64,000 nt of DNA. Origin: Octopus bimaculoides. Its lineage: Eukaryota. A model generated the notes under the pieces. That model had not been told where the DNA came from. It worked only from the letters and a program-made list of their open reading frames with translations, and did not search any database. The stretch lies in contig NC_068996.1 of assembly GCF_001194135.2 (NCBI RefSeq), positions 27,567,319-27,631,318 on the forward strand, given 5' to 3'. The first letter of the stretch is position 1. Every line of letters begins with the position of its first letter. The position numbers and the translations under genes are program-made. Shown here piece by piece: positions 63,500 to 64,000 of the stretch.

Positions 63500-64000
63500 G
63501 TTGTTGGTCAGAGTTGTTTCAATAGGCTGATGACTGACTTTTGTAAACAGTTTATAGAGGTAAGACAAGAAGCATACAGGGAAATAGTTTCTAAAATCTT
63601 CTTCATCATTCTTCTTATGAAGCAAAATGGTAAACTCTTTTCCACAGAGAGGGTATTTTACTTTCCTTTATATAGTGATTGAAGTGTAGAATAAAGATTT
63701 TTCCAGAGCTCGTCACCTCCACACCCTAACATCTCTGTTGTTAGGTTATTTTTTCCTGGAGCTTTGTCTGCTTTCATCAGCTTGATAGCATTTTTAATTT
63801 CAGTGACTAGAGAAGGTGGCACTTCTTCCAGCATTGTGACAGTGGATGAATGAGCTTCACTGATGATTTAAAAAGGTTGGTGTAGAAGGTTTTACATGCT
63901 TCCATCTTCCTTTTGTCTGTCAGCAGGAGCCTGTCATCGTTCTTAAGCATTGTCACCTCTGACCTATAGAGTTCCAATCTCTCCTGCACCTCTTTAGACT
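63500..64000 (-). mobile_element. RTE LINE RT N-terminal fragment, running off the window edge
   Basis: ..FYTNLF..EIKNAIKLMKADKAPGKNNLTTEML.. with frameshifts. Confidence 0.8.

Overview
AT-rich, microsatellite- and SINE-dense animal genomic DNA with four N gaps. The repeat landscape suggests an octopus (inference). Two convergent, intron-split host genes are absent or only fragmentary in the ORF track. (1) A two-exon plus-strand gene (2938-3052, 7811-7839) encodes a 47-aa Tom5-like mitochondrial import subunit. (2) The 3' twelve exons of a minus-strand AtuA/DUF1446-family gene (54447 down to 14526) splice in frame through GT-AG junctions into about 401 aa; its 5' exons are not visible here. 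The introns hold RTE LINE fragments, tRNA-derived SINEs, Penelope-like GIY-YIG remnants, and fossils or MITEs of mariner, hAT-like, Merlin, MULE-like and piggyBac-like elements. The most striking non-coding signal is a ~350-bp inverted repeat (58302-59256) whose arms each fold into a type I hammerhead ribozyme. The minus-strand copy has a fully canonical core and lies in the sense direction of the AtuA-like gene, probably within an intron. All folds and alignments were done by eye; no searches were run.
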